Notes: generated by a model not told the origin, from the letters alone. Positions 29,695 through 42,074 are shown, counted from the first letter of the stretch. The stretch is 64,000 nt of DNA from Chloropicon primus (GCA_023205875.1 CP060757.1:558001-622000), one strand, 5' to 3'. Made by a program: numbers and translations.

Positions 29695-32661
29695 ATGAGA
29701 GAAGCAGCGAGGGAAACGAGGAGGAGGACGGCGAGGTGGACCGCCACGTCGTACGTGGTGGTCACGACCGTCGTCGTGGTCGCCATCGCGACGGCTGGGG
29801 CGACCGCGGCGAGGACGAGTCCCAGGACAACTCATCACGAGCATCATCATCATCATCACCACGTGCTGAAGAATGGCGTGGGCCCGGAGCTGTACCCGTA
29901 CGATCCCGTTGCGAACGCGAGTTCGGTCGTGAAATCTGGTGACGGGAAGGCGAGGTTTACCATTCTGACGGATCGCTTGATCCGGATGGAGTACAGCGAC
30001 GAGGGAACGTTCGAGGACCGCGCTTCGTTGGCGTTCGTGAATCGAAACACCGCAGCTCCGGTGTTCTCCGTGTACCAGAATGCGAGCCTGACGCAGATCA
30101 AAACGGAGTTCGTGGACATCGAATACACGGAGGGGCAGGGTTCTGGTGCTGGCTTCGGGCCGCACAACCTGGCCGTCAACGGCCTCGGCTCCAAGAAGTT
30201 CTCTTGGAAGCCAGGTCAGGTGAACGAGGGGAGGCTGCCGGGGGCAATCAAGTCGCTCGATACGCTTGGGGTCCAGACGCTCAACTGCACCACCATTGAG
30301 CGCAACCACCAGACCGTGCACAACGAGAAGCTGCACTGCAACTGGGCCCTGTTCTCGCGAAGCGGTTGGACTGTTTTCGATGACGCAACAACCCCGATGA
30401 TTAACCCCGAGGACGTGGACGGGTGGTGGGAGGTCGAGAAGAAGAACAAGAACAAGCAGGACTTGTACTTCTTCGGCCACGGCTTGGACTTCCTCGCCGC
30501 CCTCAGGGACTACAGGACAGTTGGCGGGGTGATTCCCATGCTGCCCAAGGCCGTGATGGGGGTCTGGTGGACGAGGTGGTTCAATTACAACACCGACGGG
30601 ATAAAGGACGTGGTCAACAATTTCAGAATGTACTCCTTGCCCATGGACGTGCTCGTGTACGACATGAACTGGCACATCAAGGACGGTTCCCCCGACGGAT
30701 GGACTGGATACTCTTGGGACGAAAGGGTCCTCCCGAACCACAGCACCTTGAACAGGTGGCTGAAGAAGCAGAACTTGATGCTCTCCGCGAACCTCCACGA
30801 CGACGAGGGGGTTGGCCCGAACGAGGCGCGGTACCCCGAAGCCTGCTCCGCTGCGGGAATCGACCCGGCGACAAAGAAGACCATCCCCTTCAGCGTCGCG
30901 AACAAGACTCTGATGCTCGCGGTCGAGGATCAGGTTCTGGCCCCTTTGAAGGCAAACGGCTCTGCCATTGATTTCTTCTGGGTGGACTGGCAGCAAGGCG
31001 GGAAGGAGGGAGGCGCGCTCGGCGGCCGATCGAACCCAACCATCTGGCTGAACAAAGTGCGCTGCACCGATGCCTTGAGGCACGGCAGGGACGAGAGAAA
31101 CATGGTTTTAGGGAGGTGGGGCGGGCTTGGCAACCACAGGTATCAATTGGGCTTCTCCGCGGATATTGCTGACCAACACGTTTGGGCAGACTGGTCTCTT
31201 CTGGCGTACCAGCCCTACTTCTCAGCGAGTGGATCCAACGTTGGCTACGGCTTTTGGAGTCACGACATTTTGACAGCGGGAAACAATCCGGAGTTGAGCC
31301 TGAGGTGGGTCCAGTGGGGCGCGAACTCTGCGGTGATGAGGTTCCACGACAGGGGCCTGTCCTCCGGACTTTGCAACGATCCCTTCCAGCACCCGGGGCA
31401 GTCCGGGAGCTGTGACATCGATCTGATTTGGAAACACCCAGCACACTACTTCCAAGCCATGCGTGCTGCTCTCCAGCGCAGGGCCCAGCTTCTCCCATAC
31501 CTTTACAACGCCGTGAGGGAGGCCTTTGACACTGGCGTGTCTCTCATTCGGCCGCTCTATTACTACCACAGCGACCTGGACATGTCGTACACCAACGACA
31601 TGGAGGGCACGAACACGGCCTATTACTTTGGGCCCTCGATGATTGTCGCTCCGGTTGTCAGTCCGGTGGACAAGGAAAAGAACTTGGCTTCCACCGAGAT
31701 TTGGCTGCCCCCAGGAGCTTGGATTGAGGTTGCCACGGGAAGCGAGATCGCCTCGGGGAGCTCGGGCTCGTACATCAAGCACGCGTGGGACATCACCGAG
31801 GTTCCCACCTACGTCAAGGCGGGAGCCATAATTCCAATCTCTCTGGACGGGGAGGCGGGGAAGACGATCGGCCAGGCTGGCAACCCTTACTTGACCTTGG
31901 GCTTCGAGATCTACCCTGCTGCGACGCCCAGCAGCCAAGTTTTCGTGTACGAAGACGACGGCAAATCCTTGGGCTATCTGAAGAACGAGTATGCCCTGAC
32001 GGAGGTCAACGTCCAGCGCGGTGCGAATGGGGCGACTACGATACAGTTGAAAGGTCCGGACGTGGACAAATTTCCTTGGTGGCCCGTGCTTGCGCGTTCC
32101 TTGCGCTTCTCCCTCGTGAACTCCCCTCCAGCAGCTTCCGTCAAGCTGAGAGCTCCGCTTGGACCCAACGGCCCAAACACGTGGCAAGATCTTAAGTACG
32201 ACGACATGAAAGATGCCGTGAGGACTGCGGAGGAGCCCGGGTTCTACTACGATGGATCCACGGGAACTTTGGTGGTCTCCGCTGGCGTGGTGCGGGTCGA
32301 GAGGACGATCACGATCGAGATCGAGTTTGTGCAAACCTCGACGAGCTTGAGCAGCCTGAAGGGTGTGTTGAGCAGGGCGAACCTCGCCAAGGAGGCTCTG
32401 GACGCCGTCCAGGGAACCCCTGGATTCTTCAACGCCAAGCAGGGATCTCTGGAGAGGCTCTCATCCATGGCCGCTCGAGTGGAAGCTGATCTTGCTGCTG
32501 GCAACACGGCCAGCGCCATGGATGAGCTCAACTCTTTCACGACCCAGCATGCCGCCGCTCTCAAGGAAGTTCAGGACACCAAGGAGAACGACAAGCACAG
32601 GAAGGACTACGCTTTGGAGCTGCTGTCCACGGCAGCGGTGATCCCAGTGCCCAGCCCATAA
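29695..32661 (+). CDS. Glycoside hydrolase family 31 (secreted or anchored)
   Basis: ARFTILTDRLIRMEY, G.WWTRW, DMNWH, W.GYSWD, FWVDWQQ nucleophile, HRY..GFS.D, WSHD, RW.Q.G, YEDDG. Confidence 0.9.
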   Translation: MREAARETRRRTARWTATSYVVVTTVVVVAIATAGATAARTSPRTTHHEHHHHHHHVLKNGVGPELYPYDPVANASSVVKSGDGKARFTILTDRLIRMEYSDEGTFEDRASLAFVNRNTAAPVFSVYQNASLTQIKTEFVDIEYTEGQGSGAGFGPHNLAVNGLGSKKFSWKPGQVNEGRLPGAIKSLDTLGVQTLNCTTIERNHQTVHNEKLHCNWALFSRSGWTVFDDATTPMINPEDVDGWWEVEKKNKNKQDLYFFGHGLDFLAALRDYRTVGGVIPMLPKAVMGVWWTRWFNYNTDGIKDVVNNFRMYSLPMDVLVYDMNWHIKDGSPDGWTGYSWDERVLPNHSTLNRWLKKQNLMLSANLHDDEGVGPNEARYPEACSAAGIDPATKKTIPFSVANKTLMLAVEDQVLAPLKANGSAIDFFWVDWQQGGKEGGALGGRSNPTIWLNKVRCTDALRHGRDERNMVLGRWGGLGNHRYQLGFSADIADQHVWADWSLLAYQPYFSASGSNVGYGFWSHDILTAGNNPELSLRWVQWGANSAVMRFHDRGLSSGLCNDPFQHPGQSGSCDIDLIWKHPAHYFQAMRAALQRRAQLLPYLYNAVREAFDTGVSLIRPLYYYHSDLDMSYTNDMEGTNTAYYFGPSMIVAPVVSPVDKEKNLASTEIWLPPGAWIEVATGSEIASGSSGSYIKHAWDITEVPTYVKAGAIIPISLDGEAGKTIGQAGNPYLTLGFEIYPAATPSSQVFVYEDDGKSLGYLKNEYALTEVNVQRGANGATTIQLKGPDVDKFPWWPVLARSLRFSLVNSPPAASVKLRAPLGPNGPNTWQDLKYDDMKDAVRTAEEPGFYYDGSTGTLVVSAGVVRVERTITIEIEFVQTSTSLSSLKGVLSRANLAKEALDAVQGTPGFFNAKQGSLERLSSMAARVEADLAAGNTASAMDELNSFTTQHAAALKEVQDTKENDKHRKDYALELLSTAAVIPVPSP

Positions 32662-32900
32662 CTGTATTTGACTTAATTTAAAATTCATCTAACTAACGCC
32701 TGCACGTTACAAAACAAGCAAGTGGCGGATCCATCCATTTCTTGAGTCATCGAAGGCTGACCGCTGATCCTTCCTTGGATCCTTGCCTCTCCCCTTCCCC
32801 ATCGTCCTCGTTCCCTCCGCTTCAGTCTATCCATTTTTGCCAGCTGGCGCCTTCCCCATTTTCGGGAGAGGCCAAGGCCAAGGAGAGGAGAGAGCTAGTC

Positions 32901-33967
32901 ATGGCCGCGGGCGAGGGAGGACAACCGCCTGGGGGCGAGGGGGAGGGTCAGGGAAAGAGGACGTGGAGCTTCTCGTTCAAGAGGGCTGTGAACGTCGCCA
33001 AGGGCCTGAATCCGATACAGACCAAGGTAACTCCGACGCCAGTGCTGCGAAGACAAAACAGTTACGAGGATTTTCGTTCAATAACTGACAGCATCACGTT
33101 CTTGTGCTTGCTTTCGACGCGGGGGGCGACTCGAAGCGAGTCAGCCAGATCAAGGACGTCGCTTTTGAGAAAGTGGAGGGGACGAAAAAGTACATCCAGG
33201 ACATGGACATCTCCGGAGAGGTAGGATGCGGGTGTGCCCCTGTTCAGTTCTTCTTCCCGCTCAGATTGAAGGAAAGGCGCTTCTCCCGGTTTGCTGACCG
33301 CTGATTCGCTCTCCGTTGCGCGCGCTTAAGGTTCGGACCAGGCTCTACCGCGAGTACAACGAGAGGCTGCGTTCCATCGAGCCCGACTTGAGGAACATGG
33401 GAAGGGCCATGGGGAATCAGATGCTGGTGAGTGAGGGAGGACGTGTGTGTGTGTGTGTGTGTGTGTTTTCAGAGAGACAGACTCAGGAGTCTCTTCTTCT
33501 TGCATCTTGTCTCTTGGCATGCGCGCGTGTGTGCTAACTTCTTCTTCCCTTTGATCCGCCGCACCGGACGAAACCAGAACACTCTCCTGATCCCGATGAA
33601 CGACCCCGTCGAGAAAAAGTGGAGAGAAGGCCTAGGTAAGGACACCATCATCTTCGAAAAGGGCTTGAGTTTGTGAGTTTGAGGCGCACAGAGCTGAAAA
33701 CTGTTCCTGCTTCCCCCTCCAACACCACACACGCGCGCGCGTTCGTCTTGAATATGCATCTGATTCTTAGGTTACGTAGGCATTTATCCGGAGATGACGC
33801 AGCTCGTGGTGAAGCCCATCCTCCAACCCTTCGTCGATGGTCTCTGGGAGCCTTTCGACGGGTTCATCGGGCAGTTCAAATCGGAGCTCTTCGTCTACGT
33901 CGCGATGAGTGGGGTTGCAGGCTTGTTGACCGGGTACTTCATCGGCAAGGCGAAGAGGGACCGATAA
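32901..33967 (+). CDS. Five-exon tail-anchored hypothetical protein (exons 32901-33026, 33137-33220, 33331-33426, 33578-33635, 33780-33967)
   Basis: GT-AG introns give one continuous frame ending in a TM helix plus KAKRDR*. Confidence 0.65.
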
Positions 33968-34243
33968 AGGCGGGCAGGGAAAACGGGCAAGGGAATTCCC
34001 TCGATCCATATCGTTGTGTAATCAACATCCTACTACTACTACTTTCTGCGATTGCATTGGATCGGATTGCACCCCTCCCTCCCTCCCTTCCGTTCCTCCG
34101 ATACATCGCCCTCGCCACCCTTGGTCCAGTCCCTCCCTCCCGCGCTGGCGCTGGCTGATGTGCCGAGAGAGAAAACGCTTGAGGATTGAGGGCGGAGGGG
34201 CTCCCTTCTGGCGTGGTCGACTCGACAGGTTCGAGGCGCGACG

Positions 34244-35809
34244 ATGAAGCTCATCATCAAGCTTCCCAAGAAGAAGGAGGGGTCCGCGAGCGCCGTGGAC
34301 GAGAGGAAGACGCAGCACTCCCTGGCGACGACGAGCGGCAAGACCACTGCGGAGCAGAACGAGGAAGCTGCTTTTGCTTATGGCTGGGGCGACTTGGACT
34401 TGGCGACGAAGGTCAAGTCCCGGAAGAGGAAAGCGACGGTGAAGACGGTGGCGACGAAGCTCGGGGAGGGCCTCGTGACCGTGGAATCCTGCGGCGGCGG
34501 GGACGCGGGGGAAGGGAAGAAGGCCAAGAAGGCCAAGAAGGCCAAGGGCAAGAGCAAGGAGGACAAGAGCCCGACGACGACGAAAATAAGGTTCCAGGTG
34601 GCGGACGCCAGTCGCGGGAAGAGCGGCGGGGCGGCCCTCCCGTCGCACCCCCGACCCGACGGGTCGAAGGTCGTATCGAACAAGCCGAAGAAGAAGAAGG
34701 GCGTGAGCTTGAAGGAGCGCATTGCCACCAAGGAGAAGATCAAGGGGGTTCTCTCCCTGATAGATACAATGGACGCGAACGAGATATTCAAGCACCCGGT
34801 GACGGAAGCGATCGCACCCGGGTACTTTTCCATCGTGAAGGAGCCCATCTGCTTGAGCGAGATCCGCACAAAGCTGGAGAACAACCACTACACCGCTTGG
34901 GAGGTGTTCTGGAAGGACTGCGTCCTCCTGTTCACGAACGCGATGAGGTACAATTCCGACGAGTCTATCTTCTACAAGACGGCGGAGGACATGCTCAAGG
35001 AGGCGGCGAGGGTCGCGAGGGACGCCTCCGGGGGCCAGCTTGACGTGAGCGACGTGCTGCAGCTGAAGGGCGCCTCTCTTCTGGGGCTTCTGGGGGACAG
35101 GAAGGGCAGCCCCAACAACGGCCTCTGGCACAGAAGGACGGAGTCGAACTTCTCGGGAAGCATTTTCTCGGGGGCTGACGCGCAGGATCAGAACCAGATC
35201 CAGAGCAAGGGGAACGCCGCATCGTCCGCCGGCGCTCCTTTGGCGGGAAACAAGGCCATGGACAGCCACACGAGGTTGAAGATGCAGTACGACTCGAAAA
35301 GCGTGATCAAGTACGCCCTGAGCCGGAGGGCGACGTTCAAGCCCCCTGAAGAGGACAGGGTGATGGGGCTGCTCCGCAACATGACGAATGGCGAAGGCCT
35401 GCCCTTCACGGACGGGGCCAAGCACGTCAATATCAGGAACGGCGTGAACAACACGGCGTACATGGCCAGCCTGAAGAAATTCTGCCAGGGCCTGCCGAAG
35501 GTGGCCTCGAACTTCATCTATGAGATGGCGGCCGAGAAGATCTCGCCAGGCATAGCGCAGAGGGCCAAGGAGAGGAAGGCGCAGGAGCTGCAGAGGCAGA
35601 GGGAAAGAGAGGCCGGCGGGCTGGAGGGGAAGACCGCCGCGGAGACCAGCGATGCCAAAAACACCTCCTCGACGGGGACTGAGAACGGGGTGAAGGAAGA
35701 GGACGGGAAGGCCAAGGGTCTCGCGGAAGCTCCCCCGCAGAAGCCCATGATGGTGGAGCCCCACACATCGCCACCCTTGCCGACCATCAAGGAGGAGGGA
35801 GGGCCATAG
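34244..35809 (+). CDS. Bromodomain-containing protein
   Basis: IF.HPV...IAPGY..IVKEPI.L..I...Y......D..L.F.NAM.YN. Confidence 0.88.
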   Translation: MKLIIKLPKKKEGSASAVDERKTQHSLATTSGKTTAEQNEEAAFAYGWGDLDLATKVKSRKRKATVKTVATKLGEGLVTVESCGGGDAGEGKKAKKAKKAKGKSKEDKSPTTTKIRFQVADASRGKSGGAALPSHPRPDGSKVVSNKPKKKKGVSLKERIATKEKIKGVLSLIDTMDANEIFKHPVTEAIAPGYFSIVKEPICLSEIRTKLENNHYTAWEVFWKDCVLLFTNAMRYNSDESIFYKTAEDMLKEAARVARDASGGQLDVSDVLQLKGASLLGLLGDRKGSPNNGLWHRRTESNFSGSIFSGADAQDQNQIQSKGNAASSAGAPLAGNKAMDSHTRLKMQYDSKSVIKYALSRRATFKPPEEDRVMGLLRNMTNGEGLPFTDGAKHVNIRNGVNNTAYMASLKKFCQGLPKVASNFIYEMAAEKISPGIAQRAKERKAQELQRQREREAGGLEGKTAAETSDAKNTSSTGTENGVKEEDGKAKGLAEAPPQKPMMVEPHTSPPLPTIKEEGGP

Positions 35810-35952
35810 AGGGGACGGAAGGCCGGTCTCGGGCGGGTGTCCCACTTTTTCCTTTGGGGAAGGGGGGGACGAGGCTTTGGAGACTTTTGATTAGTATCTT
35901 TGTATTATATATATATAAATGCAATGCTATGCAATCTTGGGGATCTGTCGCT

Positions 35953-35999
35953 TGCCCGAGCGACCGGCCTGCCCGAGCGACCGGCCTGCCCGAGCGACC
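35953..35999. repeat. 17-bp tandem repeat TGCCCGAGCGACCGGCC x~2.8 upstream of CTP synthase
   Basis: Seen directly; head-to-tail copies with no spacers. Confidence 0.9.
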
Positions 36000-36167
36000 A
36001 GCACTTCCCTTGGCGACGCCGTGTGCCCATCACCATGGTGTGGGGATCTCTTCAATTTCTCAATTTCGGGCTCATTGAGAGGAGAGAGACGCCGACTTCG
36101 CCGGCGTTCGTGGCGAGGGAGAGGGACCGGTCGAGAGGGGAGCAGAGGGAGAGGAGAGCAAAGCACC

Positions 36168-37941
36168 ATGAAGTACATATACGTCACGGGTGGTGTTGTA
36201 TCGGGTTTGGGTAAGGGCGTGACGGCTTCGTCCATGGGAGTTCTTCTCAAGTCACTTGGGCTGCGCATCACGAGCATTAAAGTGGATCCGTATTTGAATG
36301 TCGACGCCGGGACGATGTCTCCCTACGAGGTAAGTTCGACGGTCTCCTTCGCTGTTGTGCACGCCGGGGGAAAACTGACGCGTGAGGGACGCTGCCGTTC
36401 GCCTCGTCTTTCGACACAAGCACGGCGAGGTCTTCGTGTTGGATGACGGTGGAGAGGTGGACTTGGACCTTGGCAACTACGAGCGTTTCATCGGAATAAC
36501 CCTGACGAAGGACCACAACATAACGACGGGAAAGATATTCCAGGCCGTGATCGAGAAGGAGAGGGAGGGCGCTTTCCTTGGGAAGACGGTGCAGGTCGTG
36601 CCTCACCTGACGGACGCGATCCAGGACTGGATCGAGAGGGTGGCCCACATACCCGTCGACGGCTCTGGGCAGACGCCAGACGTGTGCATCATCGAGCTCG
36701 GGGGCACCGTTGGTGACATAGAGTCGGGGCCTTTCTTGGAGGCCCTGAGGCAGTTCCAGTTCAGGCACAAGGCGCACGACGTGTGCTCGGTTCACGTGAG
36801 CCTCGTGCCGGTTTTGGGCGTTGTTGGGGAGCAGAAGACGAAGCCGACGCAGCACAGTGTTCAGGTTCTGCGCTCGGTGGGAATTTCACCCAACTTCCTG
36901 GCGTGCAGAAGCAAGGAGCCCCTGGAGGAGAGCACCAAGGAGAAACTCGCGCTGTTCTGCCACGTGCCGCCGACCCACGTCATGAACCTCTCCGACGTCT
37001 CGAACATCTGGCACGTGCCCTTGGTGATGAGAGACCAGGGAGTGCACAAGGCCATCTGCGAGCAGCTGCAGATCACTCCGCCGCACGCCCTCGACATCGA
37101 GCGGTGGGAGGAGAGGGCCTTGAGGTGGGACAGCCTTCAGGACACCGTAACGATTGCCGTGATCGGCAAGTACACGGGCCTCACCGACTCTTACCTTAGC
37201 GTCATGAAGTCCCTGCAGCACGCCGCCATTGCCGCGAACAGGAAGCTGAAGATAACCTGGGTCGAGGCCTCCGACCTGGAGGAGCCCATGAAGGAGACGA
37301 GTCTGCAGAAGTACCAGACGGCTTGGAAGGCCGTGGAGGACTGCGACGGAATCTTGGTCCCCGGAGGTTTCGGTGGCAGGGGCACGGAGGGGAAGGCAGC
37401 CTGCTGCAAGTACGCAAGAGAGACGAAAAAGCCGTTCTTCGGGATCTGCTTGGGCATGCAGGTCGCCTGCATCGAGTTTGCCAGGAACGTGCTCGGGATG
37501 GAGGGAGCGAACAGCACTGAAATCGATCCCGCCACCCCCCACCCGGTGGTCGTGTTCATGCCAGAGGGCTCCACGACGCACATGGGCGGGACAATGAGGC
37601 TGGGCAGCAGAAGGACCTTCTTGCAAGAAGCCCAGTGCCTCAGTGCCCTGCTGTACCAGAAGATGGAGTACATTGACGAGAGGCACAGGCATAGGTACGA
37701 GGTGAACCCGGAGATGATCCACTTGTTTGAGGAGAAGGGTTTCAAGTTTGTGGGCAAGGACGAGACGGGCAGGCGCATGGAAATCATCGAATTGAAGGGC
37801 CACCCGTTCTACGTTGCTTGCCAGTTCCATCCTGAATACAAGTCCAGGCCCGGAAAGCCGAGCGCTTTGTTCTTGGGGCTCATCCTTGCTGCCAGCAAGC
37901 AGTTGCACCACTACATGTCCGGCTACGAATCGGAGGCGTGA
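36168..37941 (+). CDS. pyrG: CTP synthase; intron 36330-36420
   Basis: [67 protein letters not shown]. Confidence 0.97.
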
Positions 37942-38010
37942 TCGTATCCGTGTGGGGGGGGACACACACATGATACTTGTACATATTACTTTACTTGCAA
38001 CCGTTTGCTT

Positions 38011-39408
38011 TTACGTGGAGGGCTTCCCGTTCCTGCTTCCCAGAACCTTGCACTGTCGCTTGCACACTGCCTCCTGCTCGGGCCCCTGCTTCGACTTGGT
38101 GTAATCAAGCTCCAAGTACTTCGAACACACGGCGAGACAAAAATCCTCGTACGACGTGAACCTGAAGAGCTCCCAAAGGAAGATGTCTCGGAATCCCTTC
38201 TTGTCGACGTAGGACCGCGCCTGGCCGAGCTCGATGTTCGCCTTGGAGTGAAGAGCGCACTTGGTGAACTCCTCGATTGTGGAATCGTCAAACGGGTTCA
38301 GCCCGTCCACCTCGCACGCCCCCAAGTACGTGTCTTTCAGCATCCTTTTGCACCTTCTCGCAAAGTGAGACTTTGTGCAGACCTACGTGAAAGAGCAAGA
38401 AAAGAGACAAAACTGCGAATCAGTATCGACCTCTGCGACCGAGGGGAAGGAGCTTACCTCGGCGTAGTGGCTCGTCAGAGGCGGCCACAGGGAATTGGAA
38501 GTCGCAGCGAATGTGGCCTCGGTGTTCAGTATCCCGTGGAGCGCCCCGCTCGGGACGTAGATGACATCCCCGGCCTTCACCTCCCCCTCGTATATGCGGA
38601 CGTCCTGCAGCTCGGGAAACTCTTGGACGTCCGGGTCAAAGATCTCGAGCGCCTTCCCGCTCGGCGACAAGATCCGGCCGCTCCCAAAGCCCCCCCGGTC
38701 CACCCCAAAGTGCTCAAGGTTGTCTTCGAAGGCGATGACTCTGAACCTCTTCGTGCCGGCGTAGACCCCCAGCCAGAAGGGCATGAGCATCATGTCTATG
38801 TGAAGCTCGCTTCGACTCCACGCGGGGCCCATGAAGATCGTGGGCTGAGCGTAATTCCTGAAGGCGCCGCCCGTTGGCAACGGCTTGGACGCTAGTCCCG
38901 GTACCAGCATGTCGTGCTGCAGCGCCGGGCACATGAACGGCATTCCAAACGTCGCTGAGGTCGCGTACCTGAGCTCCTCGTTCGACGAGTTCTTGACGTA
39001 GCTCGCATAATAATCCTTGATCCGCATGAGCTTCTCGTCCGTGTGGCCCGCCCACGAGGACACCTCCTTGCTGTACACCACGGTATCGATGTAGGAGTCG
39101 CGGCACACTTGGGCAACGTACTCTACCACGTTGTCCGCGCGCATCAGGGGCTGGCCGTGGAGCGCGCCCTTGACAATCACCGGCTCCTTCGCGTGCCGCA
39201 GGAACAAGTCCAAGGGGCTCACGTCGCTCGCAACCTCGGTGATGGGCACGAGGTTGAGCTTGAGCCCGTTCATGGTCCCCTCGTCCGCGTCGAAGCTCCG
39301 GCTCAGCATCACGTACGTCCTCAGGGAAAAGATGGACTTCAGGACCAGGCACAAAACCACCCCGTAAGTCGCGTAGCTCACCATCCTCTCCCTCACCTTC
39401 TTGGCCAT
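38011..39408 (-). CDS. JmjC/cupin-fold 2OG-Fe(II) oxygenase with N-terminal TM anchor; intron 38383-38457
   Basis: EPVIVKG, IFMGP..S.SELHID, GDVIYVPSG.LH.I.N; Cys-rich C-terminal exon. Confidence 0.8.
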
Positions 39409-39874
39409 CGCGCCAACACCGTCCTCCCCCTCTCCCGGCCCCTCTCTGTGGACTCCCGGCCTCTCTCTCTCTCTGTGACCTCCCCGAGGCCTCAAATGGG
39501 TCGAGTGAGGTGTCCACGGAAAGCCCGTGAGTCGCACCTTCCACCGTGTCGGAGTCCCTTCCCTCCTTCCGCTGCACACCCTCCGCAGTCGCAGTCGCAA
39601 TCACCAACCCACCTCAACCCCCCGTCGGCGGTTACGGTTTTCGATGGGCGCTTCATCTGAAGCGAAGAGCAGAGCCTGTCAAGAGGAAGGCGAAGAGGCC
39701 GGGAGGGGGGGAGAGGTGGGGGGTAAACTGGAGGCAGGGGGCGCGATGTAGGGCCAGAAAACAGAGGGAGGTGTCGACCTCGTTGGATCGTTGTGCACGA
39801 CGGGCGACACGCAGTTTGATCAAGACGAGACGGACCAAGCGGACCCACCAAGCCAGACGAGCAACCAAGCAAAG

Positions 39875-40163
39875 ATGACATTGTTTTACGCCATGTTCCT
39901 GACCCCCGTGGGTCTGATCGCGCAGCTGAGGTCGAAGACCATCATCGCGATACCGCTGTGCCTCCTCGCGATCGGGCTCCAGTCGGGGCTCGGGGACGAG
40001 ATCCTGTTCCAGGAGTACACGCTCGGGGGGGTCCTGTGCAACGCCATGACGTTGGTGCTCCTCTCCCTGGCCTTCGCGATAAGGCAGACGAACGTGTACA
40101 AGGTAAGGCGAGGCGGTGCCGGATCTCCCGCCCCAGAGCGCCAGGACTGACGCACCCTCTCTT

Positions 40164-40195
<32 letters not shown>

Positions 40196-41002
40196 TCTTT
40201 CTGCGTTGCGTTGCGTTGCGTTGCGTTGCGTGTGTGTGTGCCCCCCGCGCGCGCCTCTCCCTCGCAGGAGCTGAGAGACAACTTGAAGGAGCGCCCCTGG
40301 TGCACCAAGGAGACCTGCGCCGTGTCGAACGACGCGATCAGCGCCACCGTGTGCCCGTTCTCCGGCCTCGGCGCGAGCATGAGATGCCCAAACTGCTACA
40401 CGTGCGTGAGCAGCCCGGCGTACCACTTCGAGGACAGGTTCCACGCCTACGGAAAGCAGTACGTGATCAACTGGGAGAGGGCCAAGGACGTGATGATGAC
40501 GAGCAAGGACCCCACGATCGGCAGGCAGCTTCTCGACGAGGTCCTGGACTACAGGTGCAACCCTTACTTCGGCACGGTGACGGACTGCTGCGTTGGCTGC
40601 GCCCTGTCCGACAGGAACTACTTCGCGTTGGACATGCTTTTGGTCATGACCTCCGTCTACTCGCTGATCCTCGCCTCGATTCCGTACGTTCTCCCGGCGT
40701 ACGTGAACGCCAAGGGGATCCTGATGTTCCTGTCCTGCGCGTCCATCTTCCTCGCGAGCTGCTCCATCCTGATCACCACCAAGATCCTTTGCACTTCCTT
40801 GTACTTCTGCAAGATCTTCCCCGACTTGAAGTTCAGGTACCAGGTGGACATGGAGGACCACTGGTTCCTCAGGAAGCTCGTCGCGTTCATGCTGGGAAGG
40901 AAGGGCGCGGTGGCGGTCTCCAACAACTCCCTGCAGAACCAGATTCACAACGAGAAGGCGAAGTTCGTGTCCCTTGCTGCAAAGCTCAAGGCCCTGAGAT
41001 AG
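39875..41002 (+). CDS. Hypothetical membrane protein; intron 40103-40267
   Basis: Hydrophobic helices flanking a Cys-rich loop; GTAAG..ACTGAC..CAG intron restores frame. Confidence 0.7.
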
Positions 41003-41087
41003 CGCCACCGCCCGCCGGAGGACGGCCCGCGAGAACCGGAAAAAAAATAATCGTTTGTGTGATTGATGAAAGAGTCACGTACGTCCC

Positions 41088-42074
41088 TTACTTTATTCGT
41101 TTGCCGCTGAAGAGTTGCGTCAGGACCCTCTGCACCGTCTTCACCATCACGGGAACGAACACTCTGACAAAAACTTGTGTGAACACACTTGAAATCATCC
41201 TGACGAGGGGGGACGGCTTCCTGCTCGCCGGACCTCCTTGGCCACCGCCTGTCCTCCCCCCGCTGGGAACTTGGGTCTCCTCCACGGTGCGCGATATCAC
41301 CCTGCCCCTGCTGTCCTTAGTCGTGGTCGTGACCCTCTCCATCGTGATGCCGCTCCTCGAGACGAAGGTCTCCCGCTTCCTGTCGGTGTAGCTGTTTCTC
41401 TGCGATCGCATCTCCTCTTGGTGCTCGAAAATCCGCCTGAACTCTTCTGGCTTCATCCCTCCCCTGAAGACGAACGCCCCCCCCTGCCGACGACCTTGCT
41501 GCTGCTGGTGGTGGTGGCGAAACATGTTCTCCATCTCTCTAAAGATGTGCTGGGCAGCTCCACTGCCGAAGAACTCCTCGAAGATCTTGTCCGCCTCCCC
41601 GCGGGTGAAGTTGCCCCCGCCCCGTGAGCCCGGGTAGGTATACTGGTACTGATAGTTCGCCCCGGCCCTGCCCCTCTCCCGCCTTGCTTGGGTTTGACCC
41701 CTCGCACCATAGCCACCGACCCTTCCCTTGCCAGACGATATGTTGCTGTACGCTTCCGATATTCGCTTGAACTTGGCCTCCGCCTGCGCCTTGCTCGGCC
41801 CGTTGTGCCGATCCGGGTGCCACTTGAGCGCCTCCCGCCTGTACGCCTTCTTCACCTCCTCCTTGGTCGACGACGGGGACACCCCGAGGACATCGTAGTC
41901 GGAGCCACCCCCAGCAGCTGCTGCTGCAGAGAGCCCACGCGCTTGTCGACACAACGTCGTCGCAGGGCGGTCCAACGCGAAACTCCGCAGGCACCGGCGA
42001 GCCAGGAAGGTCAGGGGCAACAGTGACGACACCTCCGTCCCCCTCACAACTCTCGCCCACCCTATCCACCCCAT
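41088..42074 (-). CDS. DnaJ (Hsp40) domain protein
   Basis: [31 protein letters not shown], followed by a G/F-rich region. Confidence 0.9.
   Translation of the reverse strand: MGWIGWARVVRGTEVSSLLPLTFLARRCLRSFALDRPATTLCRQARGLSAAAAAGGGSDYDVLGVSPSSTKEEVKKAYRREALKWHPDRHNGPSKAQAEAKFKRISEAYSNISSGKGRVGGYGARGQTQARRERGRAGANYQYQYTYPGSRGGGNFTRGEADKIFEEFFGSGAAQHIFREMENMFRHHHQQQQGRRQGGAFVFRGGMKPEEFRRIFEHQEEMRSQRNSYTDRKRETFVSRSGITMERVTTTTKDSRGRVISRTVEETQVPSGGRTGGGQGGPASRKPSPLVRMISSVFTQVFVRVFVPVMVKTVQRVLTQLFSGKRIK

Noticed and set aside
35953..35999. CRISPR-like array
   Set aside because: Repeats are contiguous with no spacers, and the context is eukaryotic with no cas genes.
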